Virus record (IMG/VR): IMGVR_UViG_3300034147_000018
Coordinates: 1 to 45,988 of that record
Source: a virus
Taxonomy: Duplodnaviria > Caudoviricetes
DNA: 45,988 nt
Reading direction: 5' to 3' (one strand)
Every line of letters starts with the position of its first letter. Position 1 is the first letter of the stretch. A program made the translations under genes and the position numbers. Positions 17,496 to 27,893 of the stretch are shown here, piece by piece. Below the pieces are notes generated by a model that ran no database searches, was not told the origin of the DNA, and saw only the letters and a program-made list of their open reading frames with translations.

Positions 17496-18701
17496 CTATG
17501 GTCTAGTGCTACCACCAGTATTGCCGCCCTGATTTCTGCTTGAGGCCCATGTCGAGTAAGCAGATGCACCGGCACCAGCTATCTGGCCCCAATTTATGCC
17601 ACCGCCCTCACCAGGACGATACATACCAGCGATGTTCGTTCTGGTCTGGTTTGTAACCTGACGATTGTCAAGGTCGAATTGCTTGTTCATCATATATTCA
17701 TTTGGAACGGCTGAATACAGAGAACCAAGACCTTCAAGGCCAGCCTGCTGTCTCTCAAACGCGAACTCATTGGCCCATCTATCCATAGCAGCCTGATTCG
17801 CCGCGCTTGATGAGCTACTATATGCAGCTCGATTCGCAGCCGCTTGACCCATCGCATCCAGACCAGAGACACCGAACATTCGGCCTTGCTGTAGAGAGTT
17901 CCCGATTCCAAGTTCCTGAGTCCCGGCCTGTCCGAGAGAACTGAGACGGAGGCCTGAAAGAGCAGACTCGGCTTCAGTCATTCCCGTAGCGCCCCATTGA
18001 CGCCCGGCATTGACCTTATCCATGATACCGAGTTCAGCGTTGAGAGCAGCATCAGCAGCTGCACCCGACTGGGATCTGCCCATTCGTGACATGAGCGCGG
18101 CTTGAGCTGGCCCATATCCACCCTGGACTGTCCCAAGTCGATTGGCCTCGTCTCGCATCCGCCCATAGAACATGGGGATGCCGGAGGTCGCGCGCTGACG
18201 GATGTTCGAGCGGTCGCCTTCTGAGTATCCGCCAGTTTTGGCGAACTCATCATAGACGCCTGCCCCACGCATACGCTCGACGGTCTCAGGGTCATATCCG
18301 AGACTCTTGAGCTTTTCGACAGTCGCATCGGCACGGGCCAGACGAGCAGGGTCCCATCCTCCCGTCTTGAGCATGAACTCGCGGTAACCTTTCTCGGCAT
18401 CGCGGAGCTTACTTCCTACTCCGCCTCCTCCACCACCGCCACCACCTCCTGAACCACCAGATGAACCACCAGCCCCACCGATGTTCCATGCACCAGATGG
18501 GACCAGCATGTTCGTAGCATTGTCATACATATTCTGGTAGCCAGACCTCAGAGAACCATAGTTCTCATCGGCACGACCACGGGATGCTTCCAGGTCGGTC
18601 TGATTCCGATCCCTGAACGCGTCGTATCCCTCTTGCTCCTGTCGGAGTGTCCACTCGTTAGTGGCGTTCATCCGACGCTGGTCGTCTTTATTCCTACCCA
18701 T
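17496..18701 (-). CDS. Internal virion/ejection (pilot) protein
   Basis: Gly/Ala/Gln-rich, poly-Gly linker, follows the GNAT gene as in P22/T7-like podoviruses. Confidence 0.6.
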   Translation of the reverse strand: MGRNKDDQRRMNATNEWTLRQEQEGYDAFRDRNQTDLEASRGRADENYGSLRSGYQNMYDNATNMLVPSGAWNIGGAGGSSGGSGGGGGGGGGGVGSKLRDAEKGYREFMLKTGGWDPARLARADATVEKLKSLGYDPETVERMRGAGVYDEFAKTGGYSEGDRSNIRQRATSGIPMFYGRMRDEANRLGTVQGGYGPAQAALMSRMGRSQSGAAADAALNAELGIMDKVNAGRQWGATGMTEAESALSGLRLSSLGQAGTQELGIGNSLQQGRMFGVSGLDAMGQAAANRAAYSSSSSAANQAAMDRWANEFAFERQQAGLEGLGSLYSAVPNEYMMNKQFDLDNRQVTNQTRTNIAGMYRPGEGGGINWGQIAGAGASAYSTWASSRNQGGNTGGSTRP

Positions 18702-18705
18702 GATC

Positions 18706-19092
18706 TTAGACCTTTCTCAGTAGAAGCTCACCAGGTTTCGGAACTGGAGTGAATCCGTATCGAGACTGAATGAGCTTCGAGAAATTAGGGTCTTGGATGA
18801 AGGCGTAGAGTTCCTCGACCTTGTTCAAGCGAGAGTCGAGAATAGCTTTGTTCATCAAGAGCTTGAGTGCTACTGCCCGATCTCTGAGTCTAGCCGTCGG
18901 GTCTATGAACAGATCAGCCTCAGCTATGAGTCTCACCTGACCATACCCAACTATGCCACTCTCATTCTCAGCCACAGCATCGGTAATGATGTAGCGACAA
19001 TCAGGCACATAGCGACCAGACCAGTGTTCACGCCAGAGCTTATCGAGAGGCTCGGCATCGTTGGGAGTAAAAGGTCGAATACGAGTCATCAC
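18706..19092 (-). CDS. GNAT-fold virion assembly protein
   Basis: IRPFTPND, IVGYG, LFIDPTAR, RYGF; position before the ejection genes. Confidence 0.65.
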   Translation of the reverse strand: MMTRIRPFTPNDAEPLDKLWREHWSGRYVPDCRYIITDAVAENESGIVGYGQVRLIAEADLFIDPTARLRDRAVALKLLMNKAILDSRLNKVEELYAFIQDPNFSKLIQSRYGFTPVPKPGELLLRKV

Positions 19093-20258
19093 TGTGCCCT
19101 TACGATCCAGTTCACGATGATTCCGGGTGGATTCGATACTCCAGTAGCACCAGTCCCACCTGCGCCTGTATTGCCTGCTCCATCCGATGCAGATGTTCCC
19201 GAGACCGGCAGAGTGGAGCTCGAAATAGAGCCTGTCCCACTTCCACTGAATGTATGCGAGTGAGATCCGCCAGAATCCGTTGTCCCTGAGAAGCTCTTGG
19301 TGAAATCATGGGTATGATTCCCACGTGCCATGAATCCACTTGAACCGGCATCTACGTTGAATGTGCTTGTGCTCTCGTTCGTCGTCGTCCCACTCACAGA
19401 TCCATCGAATCCATGAGTATGACCACCATGAGAACTCGTCGTCCCACTTACGTTCACGGTGCCAGTCGAACCACCATGATTGTGGGAGCCAGTCGTGTAG
19501 GAACCAGCACCGTGAGTGTGATTCGGAATCGTGTGTGTATGAGATGGACCAGTATGAGTATGATCCATCGCACCGAATGTCGTGCCTAGTGCTCCACTAC
19601 CTGTTCCAGCAGCGGCTTGACCTAGAGGGAATCGACCCCTGAAATCGGGCACGTTGAAAGTTGTCGAGCCGTCACCCGCACCGAACGACACACCCCATAT
19701 CGCAAATAGGGCATTGTATGTGACCCGACTTACGGCCTGTCCATTCAGAGTCAACCACTTAGCCGGTGGAGTCGCAAGCATCCATGCGACAATCATGCCG
19801 ACTAGTGGAGTCTCACCAGCAGGGAAATCTACCCAGGTCTGGTCCCCTGCCAGATACTTGGCTGAGCTAGGAGTTCCATCCCCAAGTCTAGCAGCAGGGA
19901 CAAGGTTGCTAGTTATCCGAGTCGCGTCGATGTTTACCGATGTTCCAATCGTCCCACCGATGATGTTGACGGCATTGTGGTTCTGAACTGACATGGTTCC
20001 GAGGCCGAGGCTGGAGATGATTCCACCAGTCGACCCCGCGCCAGTTCCTCCACCTGTAACACCGATGATGATGGGCTGCCAAGCTCCACCGTCCCACTCC
20101 TCGAAGATGTCCGTCGTCCTGTTGTATCTGATGAAGCCGACGAGTGGAGCAGTCGGTGTAGCGAGAAACATATTCGCCACATCGATATCACGAGCCTTGA
20201 CCTCATCGACGAAGAGGTCGTATTGGCTCAGTATTGTCGGTTTTGTCCAATCAGCCAT
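19089..20258 (-). CDS. Tail fibre with tail-collar domain and HxH-repeat tip
   Basis: GMIVAW...WLTLNGQAVSR...GDGSTTFNVPDFRGR collar; multiple HTH/HNH/HSH tripeptides. Confidence 0.85.
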   Translation of the reverse strand: MADWTKPTILSQYDLFVDEVKARDIDVANMFLATPTAPLVGFIRYNRTTDIFEEWDGGAWQPIIIGVTGGGTGAGSTGGIISSLGLGTMSVQNHNAVNIIGGTIGTSVNIDATRITSNLVPAARLGDGTPSSAKYLAGDQTWVDFPAGETPLVGMIVAWMLATPPAKWLTLNGQAVSRVTYNALFAIWGVSFGAGDGSTTFNVPDFRGRFPLGQAAAGTGSGALGTTFGAMDHTHTGPSHTHTIPNHTHGAGSYTTGSHNHGGSTGTVNVSGTTSSHGGHTHGFDGSVSGTTTNESTSTFNVDAGSSGFMARGNHTHDFTKSFSGTTDSGGSHSHTFSGSGTGSISSSTLPVSGTSASDGAGNTGAGGTGATGVSNPPGIIVNWIVRAQ

Positions 20259-20508
20259 TGGTGTGCTCCGACAAGACCTGCTTCACTTCGTCGACAAACT
20301 CGTTCATCTCGTCGTGTGGGACGTTTCCGATTGGGAGATTGAGATACTCCTGCTTCAGCCTGATGATGCGACGCTCAACGATAGGGCCGAGCACGCGCTC
20401 CTGAATCTGAGAGCGGATGACCTGCTCAGAAGTCTGACCCGGCTCTGCCTCATCAGCAGCAGCTTCAAGCATCAGGTCTGATAGTTCTATCGTGATCGTC
20501 AGTGGCAT
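20251..20508 (-). CDS. Hypothetical protein
   Basis: GGGAG RBS, coupled to the tail fibre gene. Confidence 0.55.
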   Translation of the reverse strand: MPLTITIELSDLMLEAAADEAEPGQTSEQVIRSQIQERVLGPIVERRIIRLKQEYLNLPIGNVPHDEMNEFVDEVKQVLSEHTNG

Positions 20509-20650
20509 CTTGAAGCTCCCGTCTCAGTCGTTCTATCTCCCTGCTCATCTCGTCGGCCTGGATGAGCAACGCCCGATTCTGAACTAGCACCTGACCACGA
20601 GATACGAAAAGCTCACCGATAGTGCGATAGAGTTCATCGGTTTCAGACAC
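20465..20650 (-). CDS. Small coiled-coil protein
   Basis: AGGAG RBS, GTG start. Confidence 0.55.
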   Translation of the reverse strand: MSETDELYRTIGELFVSRGQVLVQNRALLIQADEMSREIERLRRELQDATDDHDRTIRPDA

Positions 20651-20658
20651 GGTTGCTC

Positions 20659-21537
20659 CTAGTGATGTTCAATCCAACTCTGAACTGCGTAGGCTTGCGG
20701 CTTCCACGTTTGTCCAACACTCTCGCGCAAGCCAAACCTATCGGCAGTATTCGTCGGGTCAGGGCCATCATTCCACTGATAGACACAGCAGCAGGCTGCA
20801 TCCTGTTGAAGCCAGAAATCTAGCTCCTTACGAAGAGAGTCTGCCGCCTGAAAATTGTTGAGTTGAGTACTCCACTTCCAGAACCAGAAACCGCCCCCGA
20901 TTTTGACTGTGTGATATCCACCCTCAGTATGCGCGAGTTGACGCCTACCGACGATCTCTCGTATGGCAGTTACTTCTTCCTCTCTATTGTCAAAACCACT
21001 GAAAGGACGATCTACTTCCATATGAGGCGCATAGCGATGGACACCTACGAGAACATCAAGAGGTAAAGATTTCCACGACATCGCTTTGAGATAGTCGCGA
21101 CCACGTTTATCTGTAGTCGAGACTCCACCACTAATGATGGTAGCAGGAGATCCGGCAGCCTTTACTGCTCTATAAACCTCTCTGACACAATCGGCTGCCA
21201 ACTGAGGCTTCCTCTCACTCCAGCCCAAATCAGGCTCGTTACCACACTCAAGCCAGTAGTCCTGTAGACCTACCCTGATAGCCGAGTCCACTACTCTCAC
21301 CGACAAGCCTGCCATATCATCAGCTGTGATGTGAGGTGGAAGCCCGATATCAGATGCCAAGATGATCAGTGGCACGAACGGACGTCCAACAAACTCCTGT
21401 AGCAAGGCGTCTAGGTCGTACTCACTGATGGTCAATGCGGCAGACGTGCGAACTAGATAGGCTCCGAGCAACTGGAGTTCATCCAGATTGTCCTTGCCTA
21501 ATAGCTCACCGAATCCCGCATTGATCCCAGACTTCAT
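20659..21537 (-). CDS. Clan GH-A (GH5-like) glycoside hydrolase
   Basis: GNEPD acid/base, VHRY, TEGGY nucleophile, C-terminal FGL. Confidence 0.75.
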   Translation of the reverse strand: MKSGINAGFGELLGKDNLDELQLLGAYLVRTSAALTISEYDLDALLQEFVGRPFVPLIILASDIGLPPHITADDMAGLSVRVVDSAIRVGLQDYWLECGNEPDLGWSERKPQLAADCVREVYRAVKAAGSPATIISGGVSTTDKRGRDYLKAMSWKSLPLDVLVGVHRYAPHMEVDRPFSGFDNREEEVTAIREIVGRRQLAHTEGGYHTVKIGGGFWFWKWSTQLNNFQAADSLRKELDFWLQQDAACCCVYQWNDGPDPTNTADRFGLRESVGQTWKPQAYAVQSWIEHH

Positions 21538-21538
21538 G

Positions 21539-22603
21539 TTACTTCTCCGAGTAGACGACGCCTTCGTTGACGCTGACGACGTGCCAATCTCCCTTCGAGA
21601 CTGCTTCCCACTTCGAGTTCCTCTTGCTCACGATGCTATAAGCCGTGTTGCCGAGGATCTTTGAGTGAGTAGAGATAGCCCACTCATCCTTGTGTTCAAT
21701 AGGCGCGCGGGATGATGGTGCATTTGCATACTCTCCCAACCGATACTCGATCGGGATAGCAGCGACGCCCCTACGCCATGCATCGGCGCACGCCTTCTCT
21801 TGTGAGTTCATGAGCTTCGAGTCGCGACAATCAGCGCCGTGGAATGTCGCAGAAGCTATGAACATCTTGGCTCCGGCACCAGCATCGAAGGCTTCCATGA
21901 GAGAGAAGCCATACTGATCGGGCCGTGCAATCTCGTTCGCGCGCGCAGGGGCATCGTAATAATTGGCAACTTCCATCGTGTTGTGACCAACCTTACGACA
22001 CCACTCTGAGTCGCGCGGTGGATGGACAACAGCAACTCTCCAGACAGGCTGTGCTGTCCCCCAGTTATAGTTTGGAGTTTCTTTGTCAGCCTCTCGTGCA
22101 GCACCGTGCGAGCATAGTCCAGGAATCGGAGAGGGAACACGGAGACCAGGGGCCTCATTGTCGTGAACTCCATCTTCGTTCACGCCTTCGATGCTCGCGT
22201 TCGGCATATCCCCAACTAGGTCATAAACTTCCTTGACCCAATCGAGTTGCTTTGAGTTATCAGTCTCGATTCTCAACGTGTCCGCCCAGCAAGTCAGTTC
22301 TACTCGACGACCATGCGATAGAAGGTATGAAACAAAGTCCCGAAGCTGATTCTTGTAGGACCGACCATCGAAATCACCGAGGGTCCCCTTGTAGGTCAGG
22401 AGAACACGGTGCTCATCGAAGCCAGCCCGATCTGCAATCAGGTGTTCAATGCTACTTTCCTTGATGAACTTCTCGAAAAGAAGGAAGTCCGAGATGGCAT
22501 TGACGAAGATCGGCCCTTCATCCGTCACGAAGAAGTGCCCGTTTGCCCTGAATGGGAGAACAGGCTTACTGAGTGTTGAGGAGTCGAGCATCAGGAGGCT
22601 CAT
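21539..22603 (-). CDS. Second glycoside-hydrolase-like TIM-barrel protein
   Basis: NGHFFVTDEG start, VNE, HPPR, ANE, TFH motifs. Confidence 0.5.
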   Translation of the reverse strand: MSLLMLDSSTLSKPVLPFRANGHFFVTDEGPIFVNAISDFLLFEKFIKESSIEHLIADRAGFDEHRVLLTYKGTLGDFDGRSYKNQLRDFVSYLLSHGRRVELTCWADTLRIETDNSKQLDWVKEVYDLVGDMPNASIEGVNEDGVHDNEAPGLRVPSPIPGLCSHGAAREADKETPNYNWGTAQPVWRVAVVHPPRDSEWCRKVGHNTMEVANYYDAPARANEIARPDQYGFSLMEAFDAGAGAKMFIASATFHGADCRDSKLMNSQEKACADAWRRGVAAIPIEYRLGEYANAPSSRAPIEHKDEWAISTHSKILGNTAYSIVSKRNSKWEAVSKGDWHVVSVNEGVVYSEK

Positions 22604-22612
22604 GTTGTCTCC

Positions 22613-22903
22613 TCAGTCCACCAGAGGGATAGCGTAGTATTCAACACACTCAGCAAACACAGCGCGGTTGCCATCTTTGCTTGGAGTCCATGTCTCCCAT
22701 GCCGCAGCCTCGTTCACGAATCGGACTCCCTTTGAGCCGTCTGGCTGGATTGAGAGAATCGTTTCCTTTTGACCCCTCGGGTAGTATGTGCAGAACGACC
22801 CAGGTTTGTGTGGAGCCTCGAATGATTCGCTCCTTGAGATACAGAACGTAGCAGTCGGTTCACCAGCGATTGGAGCCTCAGGTCTGTCAGTCATTTTGGT
22901 CAT
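22613..22903 (-). CDS. Small fascin/beta-trefoil-like protein
   Basis: LSIQPDG...AAWETW repeat-type motif. Confidence 0.4.
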   Translation of the reverse strand: MTKMTDRPEAPIAGEPTATFCISRSESFEAPHKPGSFCTYYPRGQKETILSIQPDGSKGVRFVNEAAAWETWTPSKDGNRAVFAECVEYYAIPLVD

Positions 22904-22909
22904 TCCCCT

Positions 22910-23614
22910 TTACGCACCCTCATAGGTGCCCTCAATAACTATGCTATCATTGACCGCCCACGTATGTGGTGATATGGCATTGACTGATGCTGTCACGAAA
23001 CCAGTCGTTAGAGCAAACGGTGTTACTCCAGCACCACCATTCCAACAAACACCAAGACGTCCTGCAAAGGGAGTCACATCCACAAATCTAACTACCCCGA
23101 TGAATGTGGTTACTGTAGCTATCGGTAGCGTAAACTCCCAACCGCCTGTCCCAGTCCCAAAAGTAGTCGTACTACCAGCAGTCCAGTAAATCTTGAAGTG
23201 GACCAACTTCCCAATTCTGCACCAGCGTCCAGTGAGAGTACCATTTCCTAATGATACGGCTCCACCTGTCCATGACCAGACAGGTGTGTAATTAGCCCAC
23301 GGAGCATGAGTTGCCGGTGTTATGGCCCTAACTGCATCTGCGGAGGCTATAACCTCTGCCGCAGTTGCAAGTTCGATAATGCCCTTGACTGTCTCCGATG
23401 CATCTGGAACAGCAGGAGATATCGATGATAGAAGCTGCCAAGTGCTATCACCTCTGAGGAACTTAGTTAGATCAGGAGTACCACTCCCAAGTCTATCCGG
23501 ATTAACTATCCCCTCAGTAAGAATCGCACTAGACAAAGGCAGAGGAACCCAGATAGCCCCATTATCATCCGATTTCTCGAAGATATGGGTTGACTGATTC
23601 CAACGCTGCCACAC
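22910..23614 (-). CDS. Short tail fibre protein
   Basis: fibre repeat DASETVKGIIELAT...AITP; C-terminal GRWCRIGKLVHF...FTLP...GTYE beta-domain; likely GTG start overlapping the upstream TAG. Confidence 0.75.
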   Translation of the reverse strand: MWQRWNQSTHIFEKSDDNGAIWVPLPLSSAILTEGIVNPDRLGSGTPDLTKFLRGDSTWQLLSSISPAVPDASETVKGIIELATAAEVIASADAVRAITPATHAPWANYTPVWSWTGGAVSLGNGTLTGRWCRIGKLVHFKIYWTAGSTTTFGTGTGGWEFTLPIATVTTFIGVVRFVDVTPFAGRLGVCWNGGAGVTPFALTTGFVTASVNAISPHTWAVNDSIVIEGTYEGA

Positions 23615-25020
23615 TAGACTATCCCTCGTGCCTTCCACTCGACGGTCTTGGAGACTCGATTTCCAGTCGTATCGAAAACGTAGACGGAGAACGATGTAGG
23701 GTCAGGAGCATCTAGGAAGTCAAAGATGACGATGTATGGCTCAGTCACCGACTTGACTGTGCAGGTGATACTCTCAACATCCTTGAAGTCCTTGTTGAAG
23801 AATACCACCGTTCCACCGACATCAGATGCTAGTGCTTCTACCTCACCACCATCGTTCTCCCTCTTGACGTCCAACCGAATCGTAAGGTTGTAAATCTCGA
23901 TGATCGCCTTGTCGTCCTCAGCTGTGAACTCCAGCCTGAACTTGAGGTATCTGAAAGTAGCAAAGAACTGAACTGCACCGTCTGTGAAGGGAGTATATGT
24001 AATACCATCATCAGATACAGCCATCCTCACAATGATGTTGACTGTGGAGGTTGTAATCTGATTGGTATTCCATATGATCGACACGATGACGTTGTTGAAG
24101 TTCAGCCCATAGTCAACCACTTCCTCATACGAACCAGTTACGGCCGTCGGCTGGATGTAGATTGGATAGCCGGCATCAAGCTGGTCCTGAATATCCAACC
24201 ATGAGTTAGTGAGGTAGTGTTCTTCCCATGTCTCAGGTTCCCACAGACAGATGAGGCTAGGAAGATCAGTCCTGATGCAGTTTACGCGTGTGCCGTTGAG
24301 GTCGCTAGTTCGATTGTCCTGTAGGTTGAAGTCAGGTGGAGACTTGACCTCGACCGTGACGCTCGCCTCGATTCCCTCATTACCTGCTACGTCTACTGCT
24401 GCCACTGAATAATCGTAGACTCCAGCTACGCTCTCAGAGACAGTAGTAAAGGTAGAGTTAATGTTCCCTACAAATCCACCATCCTTACGAATGATGTAGT
24501 GATCTATCGCAAAGATGCTCGGCGGCGCGCTCCAATTGAGTAGGACGTTGTTGTCGATGACTGAAGCTGAAACGCTAGGCGCCCCAATCTGAGTTACATC
24601 GAAAGTCGCAGCCGTAGCATCGACTGAGTAGGCACCACTTGAATCCAGAGTCTTGATAAGATAGGTATGATTGCCATAAGGTAGAGGATCGATGTTCGCT
24701 TGTAGTCCAGAAATCCTCAGCTGAAAGTTAGCTGTATTCCAATCCGTCCCTTTCCTGACCTCATACTGAGTAGCTCCGACTACATCACTCCACTCTAGCT
24801 TCACCGTCCTACCAGTAGAGGAGATAGTGAAATCGGCTGGTGCAGGAAGATTGGAGATTCCAGCAGCACCAAGAGTAGACTCGATGATTAGAGGATTGAC
24901 AGCTTGTGTAAGCTCACTCATCTGCTTGTTCAGCAGCATGAGAGCCTGATAGAGTCGAGGGTCTACCCTCTGGAGTCCCTGTATGAGAGACTCAAACTCC
25001 ATCTGGGAGGAAGTGACCAT
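23614..25020 (-). CDS. Tail protein with fibronectin type III repeats
   Basis: LEWSDV...YEVR, LNWSAP...Y.I, YSVAAVDVAGNEG. Confidence 0.7.
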   Translation of the reverse strand: MVTSSQMEFESLIQGLQRVDPRLYQALMLLNKQMSELTQAVNPLIIESTLGAAGISNLPAPADFTISSTGRTVKLEWSDVVGATQYEVRKGTDWNTANFQLRISGLQANIDPLPYGNHTYLIKTLDSSGAYSVDATAATFDVTQIGAPSVSASVIDNNVLLNWSAPPSIFAIDHYIIRKDGGFVGNINSTFTTVSESVAGVYDYSVAAVDVAGNEGIEASVTVEVKSPPDFNLQDNRTSDLNGTRVNCIRTDLPSLICLWEPETWEEHYLTNSWLDIQDQLDAGYPIYIQPTAVTGSYEEVVDYGLNFNNVIVSIIWNTNQITTSTVNIIVRMAVSDDGITYTPFTDGAVQFFATFRYLKFRLEFTAEDDKAIIEIYNLTIRLDVKRENDGGEVEALASDVGGTVVFFNKDFKDVESITCTVKSVTEPYIVIFDFLDAPDPTSFSVYVFDTTGNRVSKTVEWKARGIV

Positions 25021-26852
25021 TAGCCCCTATCCTCCCAAACAAGCGAGACAAAGAAGGTAATCTTGGTCAAGATGAACCAGTTGTTAGCCACGTTGAGTCG
25101 CAGCTTACAGGAGCATCTCTCGCTCGTGAAGTTCCAGCCCTGAAAGAGGGTTTTGCCCGGTAGTTCCTGAAGCAGCGGTGATTGAGGAACAAGATTGTCT
25201 ACTTCATCCAAGCCTCGCAGAGTGATGATCAGATTCCCAACACCACGAATCCGCATACGCGCACCCGTATAGTGGTAGGTCTGGTCTACAAGCTCCTCAC
25301 TGGAAGGCAGATGAGGGAACTCAATCCAATGATCAATAGCCTGACCATCGTCGAGCTTCGAGCCCTCATCAATCATATAGACTCCACCATCAATGGAGCC
25401 ATACTTGAAAACAGTCTTGTTCTGGACCACATCGACTACAATGGACGTAGGCTTAGTCGGGAAGGCCCAAAGATCCCAACGAATCGAATCGTGGTCTAGC
25501 CCCTCTGAGCAATCGGCGTAGAGAACATGGGTTGGCCTAGTCGCACCATCAAGTGGAATAGCAACATAGATGCGAGACTCGATGGGATCGATCACAAGCT
25601 CAACCTGATTGAAGGCCGTCTTTGTGATGCGACTCCAGATATCATCTACATTGAAGGTCAAGTCGTCTACTGTGAAGGTTCCATTATAAACCTTCAAGCC
25701 ACCACGATCTGCGACGAAAACTAGGTCCTTTACGTTCTCACCGAAGTCTAGTGATCGGCCAACTCCATGACACTCAGTTCCTACACTCATGTCAACAGAG
25801 CCGACTTCCCAGAACGCAGCAGGTTCCCCGTTGTCGATGGAAGTAAAGGCGTGTTGAGCCTTGAGCATCACTAGCTGATTCCGATGCTCAAAGGCGTTCC
25901 TTACACCCCCACCGATACCAGGCTTGACAGTGATGAATCCCTCAACCAGATTGAAGACTTCTGGCTGTCCTGACTGAGAGACTCTGACAATCGCCGGATT
26001 CGCATCCTCACCCCAGACTATCAGCTTACTGCGATACTCACCGATACCCACACCAGCAGGGATGGTATCAGCGGCCTCAAGCAGATAAGATGCTTCGTCC
26101 TGTAGGGATGCGTCATAGAAATCTACCGTGCGGGTCGTAGTGACGTTGTCCGGTATGCGCTCCACGTAGTAGTAGGTCTGATTCTCGAAGTCACCCTGGA
26201 AGTTGGCTATGATCTTCGTGGAGAATATGAAGCGCGCAACAACGTCGGGATCACCAATCTGAATCCCGCTCAGATCGACCTTCTTGCCACCAACACAAGC
26301 TAGTGAGGCGAATCCACCAATCTTTGTGATGAATCCTGTATTGGTCTCGAAAGCTACACCAAAGACATGCGTCCCCAGCTCTACATGCCCTACCTGAGCA
26401 GAATTAGTAGCAACAAGAGAAGCACTAGGTCCAATACCAGCAGCAGGTCGAGCCGTGCCAGAGCCTTCGTAGACATAGACCTTCTCTCCTGGTAGTCCAG
26501 TGATACTGTTATGAGGAGTAATGTAGGCCCGATTGAACATCGTCACGGATGAGAAATCTGTCATCGCAACGATGGAGAGGATAGGAGTAGCTAGATTCAC
26601 TGAGTCATAGAGGTTTCCTTGACCATCTAGAATCAGTAGCCTCTGAGCTTCACCTATCCTCTTGTAGACCGTGCAGCGTCGAACGTCACCGATGTCGATG
26701 TCCTTAGTCGTCCCGAAGCGAGAAGTCACCCCACCCTTGACGAATCGGATGTTTTGAGACGAACGGAAGAATCCGATCGGGCAAGTATCGTCCTCGCCAC
26801 GGTCGAACGTCCCTCTGAACGACCCGATTGTAAGTGGTGGATGGTCGCGCAT
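25020..26852 (-). CDS. Tail nozzle/tubular protein B (P22 gp10-like)
   Basis: 610 aa beta-propeller-like sequence, position after the adaptor. Confidence 0.65.
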   Translation of the reverse strand: MRDHPPLTIGSFRGTFDRGEDDTCPIGFFRSSQNIRFVKGGVTSRFGTTKDIDIGDVRRCTVYKRIGEAQRLLILDGQGNLYDSVNLATPILSIVAMTDFSSVTMFNRAYITPHNSITGLPGEKVYVYEGSGTARPAAGIGPSASLVATNSAQVGHVELGTHVFGVAFETNTGFITKIGGFASLACVGGKKVDLSGIQIGDPDVVARFIFSTKIIANFQGDFENQTYYYVERIPDNVTTTRTVDFYDASLQDEASYLLEAADTIPAGVGIGEYRSKLIVWGEDANPAIVRVSQSGQPEVFNLVEGFITVKPGIGGGVRNAFEHRNQLVMLKAQHAFTSIDNGEPAAFWEVGSVDMSVGTECHGVGRSLDFGENVKDLVFVADRGGLKVYNGTFTVDDLTFNVDDIWSRITKTAFNQVELVIDPIESRIYVAIPLDGATRPTHVLYADCSEGLDHDSIRWDLWAFPTKPTSIVVDVVQNKTVFKYGSIDGGVYMIDEGSKLDDGQAIDHWIEFPHLPSSEELVDQTYHYTGARMRIRGVGNLIITLRGLDEVDNLVPQSPLLQELPGKTLFQGWNFTSERCSCKLRLNVANNWFILTKITFFVSLVWEDRG

Positions 26853-26854
26853 GA

Positions 26855-27178
26855 CTACCGCCTGTCAAAACCAGGCTTGTCAGCAGGAAGCTGAGTCGGT
26901 TTCTCTCCTAGTCCAGCAACGCGACCACGTCCGTCACCAGCAGCCTCGCGGAGAGCGACCGGAGCCACCAGAGCGGCATCCCAATTCGGAACAGCCTTCG
27001 TCCCGACGTTCTGATACCACTGTCTCCCAGTCGTATCGTAGATGAGGGAACCCGGACCCATCACGCCAGCGCCGGTCCCAGATGCCCCATCGACAGGAAC
27101 TCCAGCCTCTGCGTGAAAGAAGATACCGTTCTCGATCAAGTTCTTCAACATCGCCGTCGCGTTTGCCATGAAAGGCAT
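26855..27178 (-). CDS. Putative minor virion protein
   Basis: GVPVDG...GSLIYDTT...YQNVGT...W motif; AGGAG RBS. Confidence 0.5.
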   Translation of the reverse strand: MPFMANATAMLKNLIENGIFFHAEAGVPVDGASGTGAGVMGPGSLIYDTTGRQWYQNVGTKAVPNWDAALVAPVALREAAGDGRGRVAGLGEKPTQLPADKPGFDRR

Positions 27179-27227
27179 ATCACTTCTCCTTTGTCCGCCT
27201 TGTTGTAGGCGAGGAATAATCCTCGGA

Positions 27228-27884
27228 CTAGGGAACTCTGTATCTCGTTCTTCTCCTTCTGACAGGAATCGCCTGTCGACGCTTGATGAGTGTTGCTGAT
27301 AGATCGCTCCAGAGAGTGACGAGGTCGCCCTGCAAGATAGCCCCTCTCTTCGGATTGTGCCCTATCGTTGCAGAAGCTACAGCAGCCAATCTCTGAGCGA
27401 GCCACTGTTGCGCGTTGATGATGAGGATAGGAGAGTTGACGTCACTTATCTCTCCAAGTGACTTGACATGCTTGATGAGAAGCTCACGGTCAGTCGTAGC
27501 TCCAGGAAACTTGATCTCGTCCTCACGCCAAGACCAGAACTTCATGCGTATATCTGGTCTGATGTCAGGCTCGAAGTCAGTCTCGTCCATGTCGATGTAG
27601 TCTTCCAGTGATCCCTTCGCCCTCTCCTTTATGTGGATAGGAAAGAGCAGGCCAGTAGGAAGTCCAGCACCATCACCGAGACGGGTGACTCCAGCATTGA
27701 CAGGGACAGCAGCAGTCGCTTCCTTTGTCGTCCCGATGCCCAATGCAGATACCTTAGTCTGAAGCTCCTTGTAGACCTTGTTGAGAAGGACGATCATAGG
27801 AGGATCGGGATAGATAGCTCCTGTCGGGTCGTTGAGCAATCCAGCCCGTGCTTCAGATAGGACTTCTGCTGCTGTATAGGCCAT
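27228..27884 (-). CDS. Head-tail adaptor/tail tubular protein A
   Basis: TAAEVLSEAR...LLND...LLN N-terminus; size and position. Confidence 0.65.
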   Translation of the reverse strand: MAYTAAEVLSEARAGLLNDPTGAIYPDPPMIVLLNKVYKELQTKVSALGIGTTKEATAAVPVNAGVTRLGDGAGLPTGLLFPIHIKERAKGSLEDYIDMDETDFEPDIRPDIRMKFWSWREDEIKFPGATTDRELLIKHVKSLGEISDVNSPILIINAQQWLAQRLAAVASATIGHNPKRGAILQGDLVTLWSDLSATLIKRRQAIPVRRRRTRYRVP

Positions 27885-27893
27885 GACTGGCTC

